A stretch of DNA of 64,000 bases from an uncultured Nitrososphaeria archaeon (lineage in GTDB: Archaea > Thermoproteota > Nitrososphaeria > Geothermarchaeales > JDFR-13): contig CAYTHX010000007.1 of assembly GCA_964437705.1 (NCBI GenBank), positions 2,350 to 66,349 on the forward strand, written 5' to 3'. The stretch's first letter is position 1. Each line of letters starts with the position of its first letter. A program made the position numbers and the translations under genes. The notes beneath the pieces are model-generated. The model searched no databases. It had not been told where the DNA came from and was given only the letters and a program-made list of their open reading frames with translations. Shown one piece after another: positions 30,417 through 40,049 of this stretch.

Positions 30417-30821
30417 ATGGGAAGAATGGTTATTTATAAGACGTTAGAAGATGTTATAAGTAAATTATATTCAGTAGTTAATCGTATATGCTCTCCTCTA
30501 GTAAAAAGGAGACGTCTAGAACTTAAAGCTGTGATAATTTTTTCCGTAGTTTCACTATTAATTTTTATACTTAGTGGAGGTATAGCGTTAGTTACAAATC
30601 CAGATTTAAAAGTTATAATAACACCTCGTATATCTGGAGGAGAAAGTCCATTAGAGTTTACCATATTTTTTATCTTGAATTATATTTTATTCCTAAGTTT
30701 TTACATGATTATAAAAGGTGTAAAAAAGGGTAAAGTTGATAATGCATTAGTAGCTGGAGGTTTAGCCCTTCTTTTCATAGTTGTTGTGATAAACTGGTGG
30801 CTACTTTTAATGAAGCTATAA
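30417..30821 (+). CDS. Small 3-TM membrane protein, OSTC/DC2 (OST3/OST6 family)-like
   Basis: FILSGG...PRISGGESPLEF...LN...LLLMKL pattern resembles OSTC; three hydrophobic segments. Confidence 0.55.
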   Translation: MGRMVIYKTLEDVISKLYSVVNRICSPLVKRRRLELKAVIIFSVVSLLIFILSGGIALVTNPDLKVIITPRISGGESPLEFTIFFILNYILFLSFYMIIKGVKKGKVDNALVAGGLALLFIVVVINWWLLLMKL

Positions 30822-30853
30822 TCTCTACAAGTTGACTATATCCATTACATATT

Positions 30854-31420
30854 CTACGAGATACTTTTTTTTCCATTTTTAAAGAGTTTAAGCCTAACTT
30901 CGCTATTAGTAGCATATATATGTACAAATAGATCTACATCATGTGCAAAATACTTAAAGAAAGTTAGTCTCTTAATATTCGAAAATGTGGTATTAACGAT
31001 GAGCCAAACTTTAACTTTACCTCTATTCTTAGTCAAAAAGTGTTTTAATGCGTAAAAGCAGTATATAGCATCGAAATCTTTGGACGCAGAAATCGCACCT
31101 TGGACATAGAATGGGTCAATTATAAAAATACACTTCTTATTTATTTTTAAGCATGATAAGTATATAAGAAGCTTAGTTAAATGCTCTAAGTCAAGGTGAT
31201 AAATATATAAGTTGTGTAATAATTTATTGTCAATTCCAATCAAGTCAGCTGGAGATATACCATATGATATATCGAAAATATGTATATCAAATGTTTTTAA
31301 AAGTCTGCATAACATATTTCCTATTATTTCTCTTCTTTCCCTCGAGGGTTTTCCATAAAGTACAACTAAATTTTGTCTTTTTAATTTACCTAAAAGTTCT
31401 TGAATGTTACTTATCATCAA
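30854..31420 (-). CDS. RecA/RadB-fold protein with degenerate Walker A
   Basis: LVVLYGKPSRERRE, HIFDISYGISP, IFIIDPF, VWLIVNT follow the RadB/Rad51 secondary-structure order. Confidence 0.5.
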   Translation of the reverse strand: MMISNIQELLGKLKRQNLVVLYGKPSRERREIIGNMLCRLLKTFDIHIFDISYGISPADLIGIDNKLLHNLYIYHLDLEHLTKLLIYLSCLKINKKCIFIIDPFYVQGAISASKDFDAIYCFYALKHFLTKNRGKVKVWLIVNTTFSNIKRLTFFKYFAHDVDLFVHIYATNSEVRLKLFKNGKKSIS

Positions 31421-31494
31421 TTAAAAACCCGAATTCTACAATATATAACTAATTTATTTATTGTCTTGATTTTTAGAGAAATTTTAGAAGAATT

Positions 31495-32829
31495 ATGATG
31501 AGTTGGAAGAAATTAACCATAGAATTTGACCATACTAAGTGTCTCTTAGTTTATGGTCCAGCAAGGCTAAGAGTAATCTCAGGCGATGCTTATGTTTTTG
31601 CTTACCATCTACTACCTGGAAAAAGCATATTCGTAAAGCGGTATAAATGTATGCCTGTTGAAACAGACGATCATGTTAAACTAGAGTTAATGTATGGTGG
31701 AGAAGACTGTAAGTTAGTTAGTATGAAGGAGAATGTGGGTACCAAAAGTTGGGAGAAAGTTGTTTCAGATTATATGGATAGTTGTGGTGACGCTATCGTG
31801 GTGGGGTCTGTTGATAGCGGAAAAACAAGTTTCACTACTTTCTTGGTTAATAAATTACTTAGAAAAAATATTGTTAATAGTGTCGGAGTTATCGATGCAG
31901 ACCCTGGGCAAGGTGATATAGGTGTTCCCGGATTTATAGGACTGGTTCTTACAGAAAAACCAATTTTTGACTTAGAAGAGGTAAAACCATATGCTTTACA
32001 ATTTTTTGGTTCTCTCTCTCCACATCCTTATGAGGTTGTTTTAGAGAAATGTATTTCTAAATTAATTGAAAAAGCGAGGAAAAGCTGTGATGTTGTGATA
32101 ATTAATTTCCATGGATGGACATCTAGTGAAAAAGCATTTGAACATGTTAAGCGTGTAATTTTGCAGAACGGGATTCAGAATGTCTTTGCAATTGATGTTA
32201 AGGATTTAGCAAGTTTTCTTAAGTCAAACATAGAGAGTATTAGGATTTACTATTTAGAGAAGCCACAAACATATCAAAGGAGTAGAAAAATTAGAAAAGA
32301 AATTAGGCAACGTAAATACAAAAGGTGGATAAATGATTGCGATGGTCTTAAGCTTATAAGAGTTCCAATCAACCTTGTTGAATTGTATAGTCAAAGGGTA
32401 AGAGGGGATATCGTGTGGATTAGTGAGGATGTATCTTTATATTTACCACAAATTATAGGAGATTTTTATGAAGAGAATCTGGACATACAAAAAGTTAATT
32501 GGATCTGGAAGCTTCATGGTGAGGGTAAATCTCCCTACGAAGAATACATTATTAAACTAACGAAGGAATATATTTTTAGACTTTACGCGACAAATACCAA
32601 ACGTATATACATTTTAGGAAAGCGCTGTGGAATAATAGTTGGTTTATATCATAAAGGAAGTTGGTACATGGGGATATTAGAATCCTTTAACATTAAGGAT
32701 AATGAGCTTTTTATTTATGTACCAAAATTCATGGATTTGAGAGATATAAAAAGTGTAAAGATCGGAAGAGTGTTGCTAAATTGCAATGGTGACGAACTAG
32801 GGGTATTACCAGCAATAAAGTTAAAGTAG
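31495..32829 (+). CDS. Clp1/Grc3/Nol9 family polynucleotide 5'-kinase
   Basis: GSVDSGKTS Walker A, IDADPGQGDIG, IINFHGW. Confidence 0.88.
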   Translation: MMSWKKLTIEFDHTKCLLVYGPARLRVISGDAYVFAYHLLPGKSIFVKRYKCMPVETDDHVKLELMYGGEDCKLVSMKENVGTKSWEKVVSDYMDSCGDAIVVGSVDSGKTSFTTFLVNKLLRKNIVNSVGVIDADPGQGDIGVPGFIGLVLTEKPIFDLEEVKPYALQFFGSLSPHPYEVVLEKCISKLIEKARKSCDVVIINFHGWTSSEKAFEHVKRVILQNGIQNVFAIDVKDLASFLKSNIESIRIYYLEKPQTYQRSRKIRKEIRQRKYKRWINDCDGLKLIRVPINLVELYSQRVRGDIVWISEDVSLYLPQIIGDFYEENLDIQKVNWIWKLHGEGKSPYEEYIIKLTKEYIFRLYATNTKRIYILGKRCGIIVGLYHKGSWYMGILESFNIKDNELFIYVPKFMDLRDIKSVKIGRVLLNCNGDELGVLPAIKLK

Positions 32830-32856
32830 TCATCTCTCAAGTTTTTATTTCAATAT

Positions 32857-34635
32857 TCAATTATCTACCAAAAAATCATTGTAGTGTATTATCTTTAGCT
32901 TCTTTCTTATCCATTTTGGCATAAGACTTAAACAATAGCGTGTGGAAAATCTATCATCTATAAGGTAAATATGGTACTCACCGCTCTTACGTAAAATACG
33001 TCCGAGAGATTGAACAGCAGTGACTATACTATCAATAAGCATAACCCATCTAAATTTAGACCCGTATACTAACATATATCTGACCCGGTTTTCTTTCGCA
33101 GCATACGGATATGAGAGGCCAACAATAGCTATAACATTAGCGTCAAAATCGATTCCTTCCCGCCATTTTCCCCTCTGAGAAAAAAAGTAAACCTTCTTTT
33201 CTCTTTTAATATATATATTCTCTGTTTCCTCCATATTAACTATGTTATTATCCCATTTTGAGCAAACTCTAATTCCCTCTATTATGCTTTTTGAGGCAGC
33301 AAATGCGATTACCGGACCTTCATGTTTAAGCAATATTCTTCTGAGTATTCTATAATACGTTTCAAACAGTGTCATTGAACGCTCTCTATATCTTGTACTG
33401 ACTCCCTTGATTAATATAATATTAAGTTTAATATCACTAGGTAAGGTGGTGTACGAAATATAGAAAGCATCGCTTCTATTTGATACTTCCTTTTCCAGTA
33501 ATAATAATAGCGGTTGTAATGTGGCAGAAATAAAAAGTACTTTGTAAAACTTGCTTACTTTTTCCCAGATATATTTTGATATATCCTTTATATGTATTAT
33601 AATGTTATTGTCGTATGCATATATATCATATGTAAGAGGATCTGAAAGTAAAGCCTCAAATGCAAGAAGTAAGCTATATATCAAGCCTATTTCTTCTTTA
33701 TGTATCCCCTTCATTTTTCTATATCGTTGAATGATAAGATGATGAAGTGAGAGGCATATATCTTGAATGTCGTTTAAGTATCTTGAAATATATTCTAAAA
33801 CCGTAACCCCCTTACTCTGCATATATATAAGATTGGTTAATAAATTTAGTGCCTTTTCTATTATCTTATGTGTTCCCTCTTTATTTACTGATAGCTTTTT
33901 CCAAGTAAGGTCTGTATTTATTCTTATTGTATTTGTATCATAGGTGTACATAGGAATGTTATGTGCTTCATCAATAATTAAGATAGTATTTCGAGGATCA
34001 ATGTTAAGAATATCATATGTATTATAGCTATATCCGCTTAATACATAAAAGTAATTAGCAACTATGAATGAAGATTCCTTTGTTATTTCTTTTATTACGT
34101 AGTATGGGCAGTAGTAATTACTAATTAATATATCAATTATCTCATTAAATGATTTATTTTTGTTCCTATTGAAAAGTGTTAGTGCTTGTCCAAAGTTAGA
34201 AATTAAGTTATTATAATAGATGCACTCAAATCTAGTACCCAGATATGTACAAGGCACTAAGCATAAATTGCTTCCAAAGTACTCAGGACATATCGAATGT
34301 CTCCCCCTTAGATTAATGACTTTTATTTTATGTTTTGCTTTTCTAAGGAATATTTCTTCCTTCACTATGTTAACTACTTTTTCTGATAACGAATGGCTTC
34401 TACATAGGTATAGGATCTTATATCCCATATCTAAGTACTTTATTGTGGCAGCTATCGATGATGTGGTTTTTCCAGTCCCTGTTGGTGCTTCAATAAAAAT
34501 GTACCTATAATTATCTACTGCATTTACTATTTTATCAAAGAGTTTATGCTGTATGTCTGTGAGCTTATACTTATTGCCATCTTGATACATTATTCCATAG
34601 GAAAAAAGAGGGGGAATTTTTATGTTAACCCACAA
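32857..34635 (-). CDS. xpd: XPD/DinG family Fe-S DNA helicase
   Basis: APTGTGKT, GRHSICP...C...C...CPYY Fe-S Cys, IIDEAHN, SATL, EGIDF, QSLGRILR. Confidence 0.85.
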   Translation of the reverse strand: MWVNIKIPPLFSYGIMYQDGNKYKLTDIQHKLFDKIVNAVDNYRYIFIEAPTGTGKTTSSIAATIKYLDMGYKILYLCRSHSLSEKVVNIVKEEIFLRKAKHKIKVINLRGRHSICPEYFGSNLCLVPCTYLGTRFECIYYNNLISNFGQALTLFNRNKNKSFNEIIDILISNYYCPYYVIKEITKESSFIVANYFYVLSGYSYNTYDILNIDPRNTILIIDEAHNIPMYTYDTNTIRINTDLTWKKLSVNKEGTHKIIEKALNLLTNLIYMQSKGVTVLEYISRYLNDIQDICLSLHHLIIQRYRKMKGIHKEEIGLIYSLLLAFEALLSDPLTYDIYAYDNNIIIHIKDISKYIWEKVSKFYKVLFISATLQPLLLLLEKEVSNRSDAFYISYTTLPSDIKLNIILIKGVSTRYRERSMTLFETYYRILRRILLKHEGPVIAFAASKSIIEGIRVCSKWDNNIVNMEETENIYIKREKKVYFFSQRGKWREGIDFDANVIAIVGLSYPYAAKENRVRYMLVYGSKFRWVMLIDSIVTAVQSLGRILRKSGEYHIYLIDDRFSTRYCLSLMPKWIRKKLKIIHYNDFLVDN

Positions 34636-34744
34636 TATACACTAACAGAACTCTCTAAGCGGTTTTCTCAATCCCCTTAAATCCCACTATAGTTTTTAGT
34701 TTAAAACTAATATTTTATTTGGAATGTGAATTAATGGTATTTTT

Positions 34745-35326
34745 GTGTTTATAGTTATTGAGGGCATAGATGGAAGTGGAAAGACTACAGTATCGCGATT
34801 GCTTGCTAGTTATCTTAGGCGGAGGAATTACAGTGTATTCCTGACTTTCGAGCCTACAGATGGTCCTATAGGTAAGGTTATACGTAACTACTTATCTTCT
34901 GCTAAGGAAAGAGACTTAGTATATGAGGCTCTTTTGTTTGCGGCAGATCGAAGATGGCATGTCGTTAATGTAATTTCACCAGCATTAAAAAAGTATGATT
35001 TTGTAATCTCAGATAGATATGTTTATTCCTCTTATGCATATCAGCAGAGTGAGGATACGCCGCTTGATTGGTTAGTAGAGATTAATAGAGGAATTATCGT
35101 CCCTAATGTAGCAGTATTTCTTGACGTAATGCCAGAGGAGTGTATTAGGAGGTTGAAAAATAAAAGTGCATCCTTGACATTATTAGAAAATATAGATACC
35201 TTAAGGAGAACATATGAGAACTACATGTATATCGTAGAAAGGTTTAACATGATTAAAGTAAATGCAAATAAGCCACCTAATAATGTGCTTAGCGACATAC
35301 TAAAGATTTTAAATATCAAGGGGTGA
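34745..35326 (+). CDS. tmk: Thymidylate kinase
   Basis: IEGIDGSGKTT, LLFAADR, SDRYVYSSYAYQ. Confidence 0.96.
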   Translation: MFIVIEGIDGSGKTTVSRLLASYLRRRNYSVFLTFEPTDGPIGKVIRNYLSSAKERDLVYEALLFAADRRWHVVNVISPALKKYDFVISDRYVYSSYAYQQSEDTPLDWLVEINRGIIVPNVAVFLDVMPEECIRRLKNKSASLTLLENIDTLRRTYENYMYIVERFNMIKVNANKPPNNVLSDILKILNIKG

Positions 35327-37614
35327 TTATCTCCTTTACGAAGATAATGTATGTGGATCATCCGTTAATTAAGGAGAACTCTATTTTCTATCGTGATTAT
35401 CAAGTTAAGATAGTCGAGAAGTTAAAAAGTGGAGAAAATTACCTTATAGTTTTACCTACAGGGACTGGAAAAACCACTATTATCTTATTGTATGTTGCCG
35501 ATTTACTATTAAATAAGCCAGAAGCAAGGATATTATTTATCGCCCCAACGAAACCTTTGGTAAAGCAGCATTATGAGTACTTCTTAGAAAATCTTCAAAT
35601 TGAGAGATATAAAGTAACTTTTTTCACGGGTGAAATGGCACCAGGGTCTAGAAAATTGTATTGGAATAGAAACATAATTTTTTCAACACCTCAAGTTGTA
35701 GTCAATGATATATTAAGAGAGTATCTCGATCCACGTAATATAGATGTATTGGTTGTTGATGAGGCTCATCATGCTGTGGGAAATCATCCATATGTACAAT
35801 TATGTTCATTCTTCACGAATTCAACACAAATCATAGGACTAACAGCATCTCCGGGGGATGTTGAGAAAACAAAAGAGATCATGAAAAATCTTCGTATAGT
35901 AAGGTGTATTATTCTTACAAGAGGTGATCAAGAGCTAAGAAAATATTTACCGAGTTTAAATTTCAAGGTGGTAAAAACAGATGTAGATGATATTTTCCTC
36001 CACATAATTTCTCTAGTTAGAGATGCAATAAGAGTTAGGATAAATAATTTTAATAAGAGGATTGAAGAGATCTTTTCCAACCAGGCCTCTGGAAAATCTA
36101 TTTTAAGTAAGCTTTCTTTATCTGATATCACCTTTTCAAAGCTGATTGAGTTACGAGAGAAAATTTTGAATGCTTTTACAGAAGGCTTAATTCCAAGCAA
36201 TGTGAAGAAAGAACTTCTCTTAATAATATATCAGCTTACATTACTTGATAGACTTTTGAAGTACATTGAGTCATATGATTGGAGCCCTTTCATAAGGTAT
36301 TATGAGGAAATTATGCAGAGAGTTATATATAAGAGGAGAAGAGCCGAGAAAGAAATAGTCATGGATAGGTACTTATATGAAGCATATGTCCTTGCTAAAA
36401 AGAAAGAGGAAATCGGAGATCTCTATCCTAAAGTGAAAACGCTTGTCGAAATTGTAGATAGAGCTGAAGGCAAGGTAATCATATTTGTTAGTCTTAGATC
36501 AGTAGCTAAGCTCATATATGAGCACTTATTGAATAAGGGTATCTCTGCTAGGCTTCTTGTCGGACAGCAGGATAGAGAAATGACTCAACAAAAACAATTA
36601 TCAGTGTTAGACGACTTTAAGAAAAAGGATATTAAAGTATTAGTTACTACACAAGTTGGTGAGGAGGGTCTTGATATAAGTGAGTGTAATACTGTAATAT
36701 TTTATGATAATCCCGTTAGTGCGATTAGAAGAATTCAGAGAATTGGCCGTACAGGTAGAACAATTCCAGGAAACGTGTATTTTCTTGTTAATCCAAAGAC
36801 TAGAGATGAAGGATACTTATGGGCCGGTCTTAAAAAGGAAAGAATAGTTATAAATGAAATGAAAAAGTTATCCTCACTTTCTGAATTTGACCTTTCACTT
36901 GAGAGTTTTTTATCACATAAGGATTTAGTTGAGAAGAATGTTCGTGATTCCAAGACAGGAGTAATGCCTACAGTGATTGTTGATTTTCGGGAATCATCCT
37001 CACCGGTTGTTAGGGAATTACGGTCTTTAGGAGTAAATCTGCAATTAAAAGATTTAGAAATTGGAGATTATATCGTTGGCAAATTTGTTATAGAAAGGAA
37101 AACTTTCGAAGATTTAGCGTCATCACTGCTAGATGGTAGACTATTCGAGCAGCTAAAGGAAGTCGTATCCTCAGGTTTAAATTCCATATTAGTGTTAGAA
37201 GGTGATGAACGCAGTTTTACTAGAAGACTTAGCAAGGAAGTTTTAGACGGTACTTTAATTTCTGTAGTGGCGGATTTTAGAATTCCTATCCTGATATCTG
37301 ACTCGCCTAGATCTACAGCAAGATATATTTATAGACTTGCTGTGAGAGAATACAAGAAAGGAACAAAAACCGTTCCACTAAGACACGAAAGAAAACCCTC
37401 CTCTATAAGTGAGATACAGAAGTACATCGTAGCCGGTCTTCCGGACATAGACGCTACCCTCGCTGATCGGTTATTGAGGAGGTTTAAAACTGTTGAAAAA
37501 GTATTTACAGCGGCTTTAGATGAATTAGCTTCAGTAAAGGGAATTGGTCCTAAGATTGCAGAAAAGATTAGGAAAATACTAACGACAGAGTATAAACCTG
37601 AAATTAACGACTGA
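35323..37614 (+). CDS. hef: Hef/FANCM-like SF2 helicase fused to ERCC4 nuclease and HhH
   Basis: PTGTGKT, DEAHH, TAS, QRIGRTGR; VDFRE, GDY, ERKTFEDL; C-terminal HhH2. Confidence 0.93.
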   Translation: MIISFTKIMYVDHPLIKENSIFYRDYQVKIVEKLKSGENYLIVLPTGTGKTTIILLYVADLLLNKPEARILFIAPTKPLVKQHYEYFLENLQIERYKVTFFTGEMAPGSRKLYWNRNIIFSTPQVVVNDILREYLDPRNIDVLVVDEAHHAVGNHPYVQLCSFFTNSTQIIGLTASPGDVEKTKEIMKNLRIVRCIILTRGDQELRKYLPSLNFKVVKTDVDDIFLHIISLVRDAIRVRINNFNKRIEEIFSNQASGKSILSKLSLSDITFSKLIELREKILNAFTEGLIPSNVKKELLLIIYQLTLLDRLLKYIESYDWSPFIRYYEEIMQRVIYKRRRAEKEIVMDRYLYEAYVLAKKKEEIGDLYPKVKTLVEIVDRAEGKVIIFVSLRSVAKLIYEHLLNKGISARLLVGQQDREMTQQKQLSVLDDFKKKDIKVLVTTQVGEEGLDISECNTVIFYDNPVSAIRRIQRIGRTGRTIPGNVYFLVNPKTRDEGYLWAGLKKERIVINEMKKLSSLSEFDLSLESFLSHKDLVEKNVRDSKTGVMPTVIVDFRESSSPVVRELRSLGVNLQLKDLEIGDYIVGKFVIERKTFEDLASSLLDGRLFEQLKEVVSSGLNSILVLEGDERSFTRRLSKEVLDGTLISVVADFRIPILISDSPRSTARYIYRLAVREYKKGTKTVPLRHERKPSSISEIQKYIVAGLPDIDATLADRLLRRFKTVEKVFTAALDELASVKGIGPKIAEKIRKILTTEYKPEIND

Positions 37615-37957
37615 GTTCTTTAATTGCTTTCAAGATATTTAGGTACGCAGTTAAAAGTTCTAAATTCTCCTTATTTAGATACCATTTTTCATTTACAAAA
37701 ATCTTTTGTATTGCGTCTATAATGTTCATTTTAAGTTGATTAAGAACGTTCTGCACTACAATCTCTCTATATTCGTCTTCGCTTCTGACTACTTTTACTT
37801 CTCTATTACATATAGCACAAAAATATCTTTCCTCTTTACTCACTAATGGGGCATTACATACTGGACAGTGTAGTGAAGATAACCTCCAACCTTTTCTGAT
37901 AAATTCGGCAATTTTATTTACTGCATTTGTCATTTTATAGACAAAATTAGAATTCAT
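37604..37957 (-). CDS. UPF0148/Sjogren autoantigen p27-like Zn-finger protein
   Basis: IRKGWRLSSLHCPVCNAPL...YFCAIC. Confidence 0.85.
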   Translation of the reverse strand: MNSNFVYKMTNAVNKIAEFIRKGWRLSSLHCPVCNAPLVSKEERYFCAICNREVKVVRSEDEYREIVVQNVLNQLKMNIIDAIQKIFVNEKWYLNKENLELLTAYLNILKAIKELSR

Positions 37958-38149
37958 CGGAGATAAAGATAAATATTCATAATATTGTAGTAAGCGATTT
38001 TTCTAAATTTCCCTAAAGATTGTGTTTCTTACTCTTAATCAAACTTAATATATTGGAAAAGTATATTAGAGATTAGGTAGGACGTAAATCTAAAATCTTA
38101 AGAAAATGTATATCTCTAAAAGTTAGGTTTTTAGAGGAGGTGATGTTTA

Positions 38150-38431
38150 TTGCCGAGGAGAAAATTATCTAAAGAGGAAGTTGAAGAAAGAATAGAGAAT
38201 GCTGCAAATATATTACGAGAGATTGCAAATTCTAGATTAATACCACGAAATATTAGGAGGACAGCAGAGGAGGCTATATCATTTCTATATGATGAAAAAT
38301 ACTCCCCTGCTGTAAGAGTTGCAAACGCCATAAGTACCTTGGAAAATGTCTTATATGATCCTAATATGCCGCCTTTTGCCCGAGTAAAAATATGGAACGC
38401 AGTAAGCTTGCTTGAGCCAATAAGAGATTAA
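38150..38431 (+). CDS. UPF0147 family protein
   Basis: IPRNIRRTA...SPAVRVANAISTLE...DPNMPPFARVKIW; GGAGGTGA SD upstream. Confidence 0.92.
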   Translation: MPRRKLSKEEVEERIENAANILREIANSRLIPRNIRRTAEEAISFLYDEKYSPAVRVANAISTLENVLYDPNMPPFARVKIWNAVSLLEPIRD

Positions 38432-38532
38432 AAAGAATAGCAATTAATTCTCCATAAAAATAAATTAAATTTATTTTTTTAAATACCCTTAATTCTCATT
38501 AGGATAGATAGTCAAGTTAAGTATCTAGGAAT

Positions 38533-38623
38533 GCCCCCGTAGCCTAGCCAGGATAGGGCGCCGGCCTCCTACCGTAAAACGAGGGAGAGCCGGTGGTCGT
38601 GGGTTCAAATCCCACCGGGGGCG
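38533..38623 (+). tRNA. tRNA-Arg(CCT) with ~16-nt intron at canonical 37/38 (about 38572..38587); CCA not encoded
   Basis: GCCCCCG/CGGGGGC acceptor, A20 in D-loop, CCGGC-CT-CCT-AA-GCCGG after splicing, G73. Confidence 0.9.
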
Positions 38624-38892
38624 CTATTACTTCATGAACAGTTTCCTCTATATTTATGGTAGCTATTTTACGCTCAGTTTCTTCATAGTCTATTTTATCT
38701 TAGCTATTGATGTCATCGCTATAGCTAGAGCGCAAGGATAATTTAGATTTACTAAATCTTGATTAACGACCAATATATAACTTATATATTAGTGTAATAA
38801 TTGAGAGAAAAATACTTTTATTCAGAGTATTGACTATTTCTTCCTAATTAAACTCTCCTTATTAGAGAATAAAATGTCGTAGTTCTCGGTTT

Positions 38893-38999
38893 TGGAGCCC
38901 CCGCCGGGATTTGAACCCGGGACCTCGGGCTTACGAGGCCCACGTTATAGGATTAGGGCGATCTCGCCCTAAATCTCTCTACCGCTGAGCTACGGGGGC
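38893..38999 (-). tRNA. tRNA-Thr(CGT) with 32-nt intron at 24/25 (38945..38976); CCA encoded
   Basis: GCCCCCG acceptor, GCTC/GAGC D-stem restored after intron removal, TGGGC-CT-CGT-AA-GCCCG, U73; BHB present. Confidence 0.93.
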
Positions 39000-39092
39000 A
39001 TTAATCCAATCATATACTACTCTGAAAGTATTAAAAAGTATTTTATCCAGAGCATAGATGCTCTTTAATTCTTAATTCTATAACTTTATAGT

Positions 39093-40034
39093 GTGAATAT
39101 GGAGCGAAAGATAATAAGTGAAATGAGTAAGTATCTACATCATAAAGATACGTATTTTGATGATGTGTTTTCATTTGGGAACATAGTTTTTTCAATTGAT
39201 ACATTTGTAGAGAGCACGGATAAACCGAAAAAGTTGAGCTATGAGGATGTTGGTTGGAAATCTGTAGTTGCTGCTATTAGTGACTTAGTATGTAAAGGAG
39301 TAAGACCAATAGGTATAAATTTTTCATTCGTATTTCCACGTGCTTTTTATAGGGATTATCATCTGAAGATCGCGAAAGGTATTAGAGAAGCTTGTGACCA
39401 CTATGGTCTTATTATAGGTAAAGGGGATACAAATGAGGGAAGGGAGTTGACTATCACAATATGTGCATGGGGTGTTACGCTCTATGAAATTCCAAAGCGT
39501 GGTAACATTTTTGCGGGTGATAAAGTAATTGCCCTTGGAATATTTGGTTATCACGCTCTTGGGTATAAGGTACTGAATGATGAATTGAAAGTTGAAGATC
39601 AGAGTATTCTTGAGAAGTCTACACGATTGTATAGACGGCCAATAGTACCGATGAGAGATGCAATATTAATTATAAGTAAAGGATATGTGCGTGCTGCTAT
39701 AGATTCTAGTGATGGATTAGCAATCAGTCTTTATGACTTAATATCTTATAGTGATGTTGATATTATCGTAGAAAATATACCTGCTGATGAAACGCTAGTT
39801 AGCGAATTAAGTAAATTGAAAGAAAATACTGAGGAGTATATCTTTTATGGGGGGGAGGAGTATATACCGATTTTCGCCATACGAGGAGATGCTTGGAATG
39901 ACTTTATGAAATTTGCAGATAATTACAGTATAAATTATGTGTATATTGGAGATGTACGTGAAGGAAAGGGGTTAGTCAAATTCAAAAATGGAAGAGTGCT
40001 TGAGAAAAGAGGCTGGGATCCATTCGCACTGTAA
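39093..40034 (+). CDS. thiL: Thiamine-monophosphate kinase
   Basis: SDLVCKG, GKGDTN, IDSSDGL, GGEEY, C-terminal GWDPF. Confidence 0.9.
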   Translation: MNMERKIISEMSKYLHHKDTYFDDVFSFGNIVFSIDTFVESTDKPKKLSYEDVGWKSVVAAISDLVCKGVRPIGINFSFVFPRAFYRDYHLKIAKGIREACDHYGLIIGKGDTNEGRELTITICAWGVTLYEIPKRGNIFAGDKVIALGIFGYHALGYKVLNDELKVEDQSILEKSTRLYRRPIVPMRDAILIISKGYVRAAIDSSDGLAISLYDLISYSDVDIIVENIPADETLVSELSKLKENTEEYIFYGGEEYIPIFAIRGDAWNDFMKFADNYSINYVYIGDVREGKGLVKFKNGRVLEKRGWDPFAL

Positions 40035-40049
40035 AAAATTTTGGAATTA

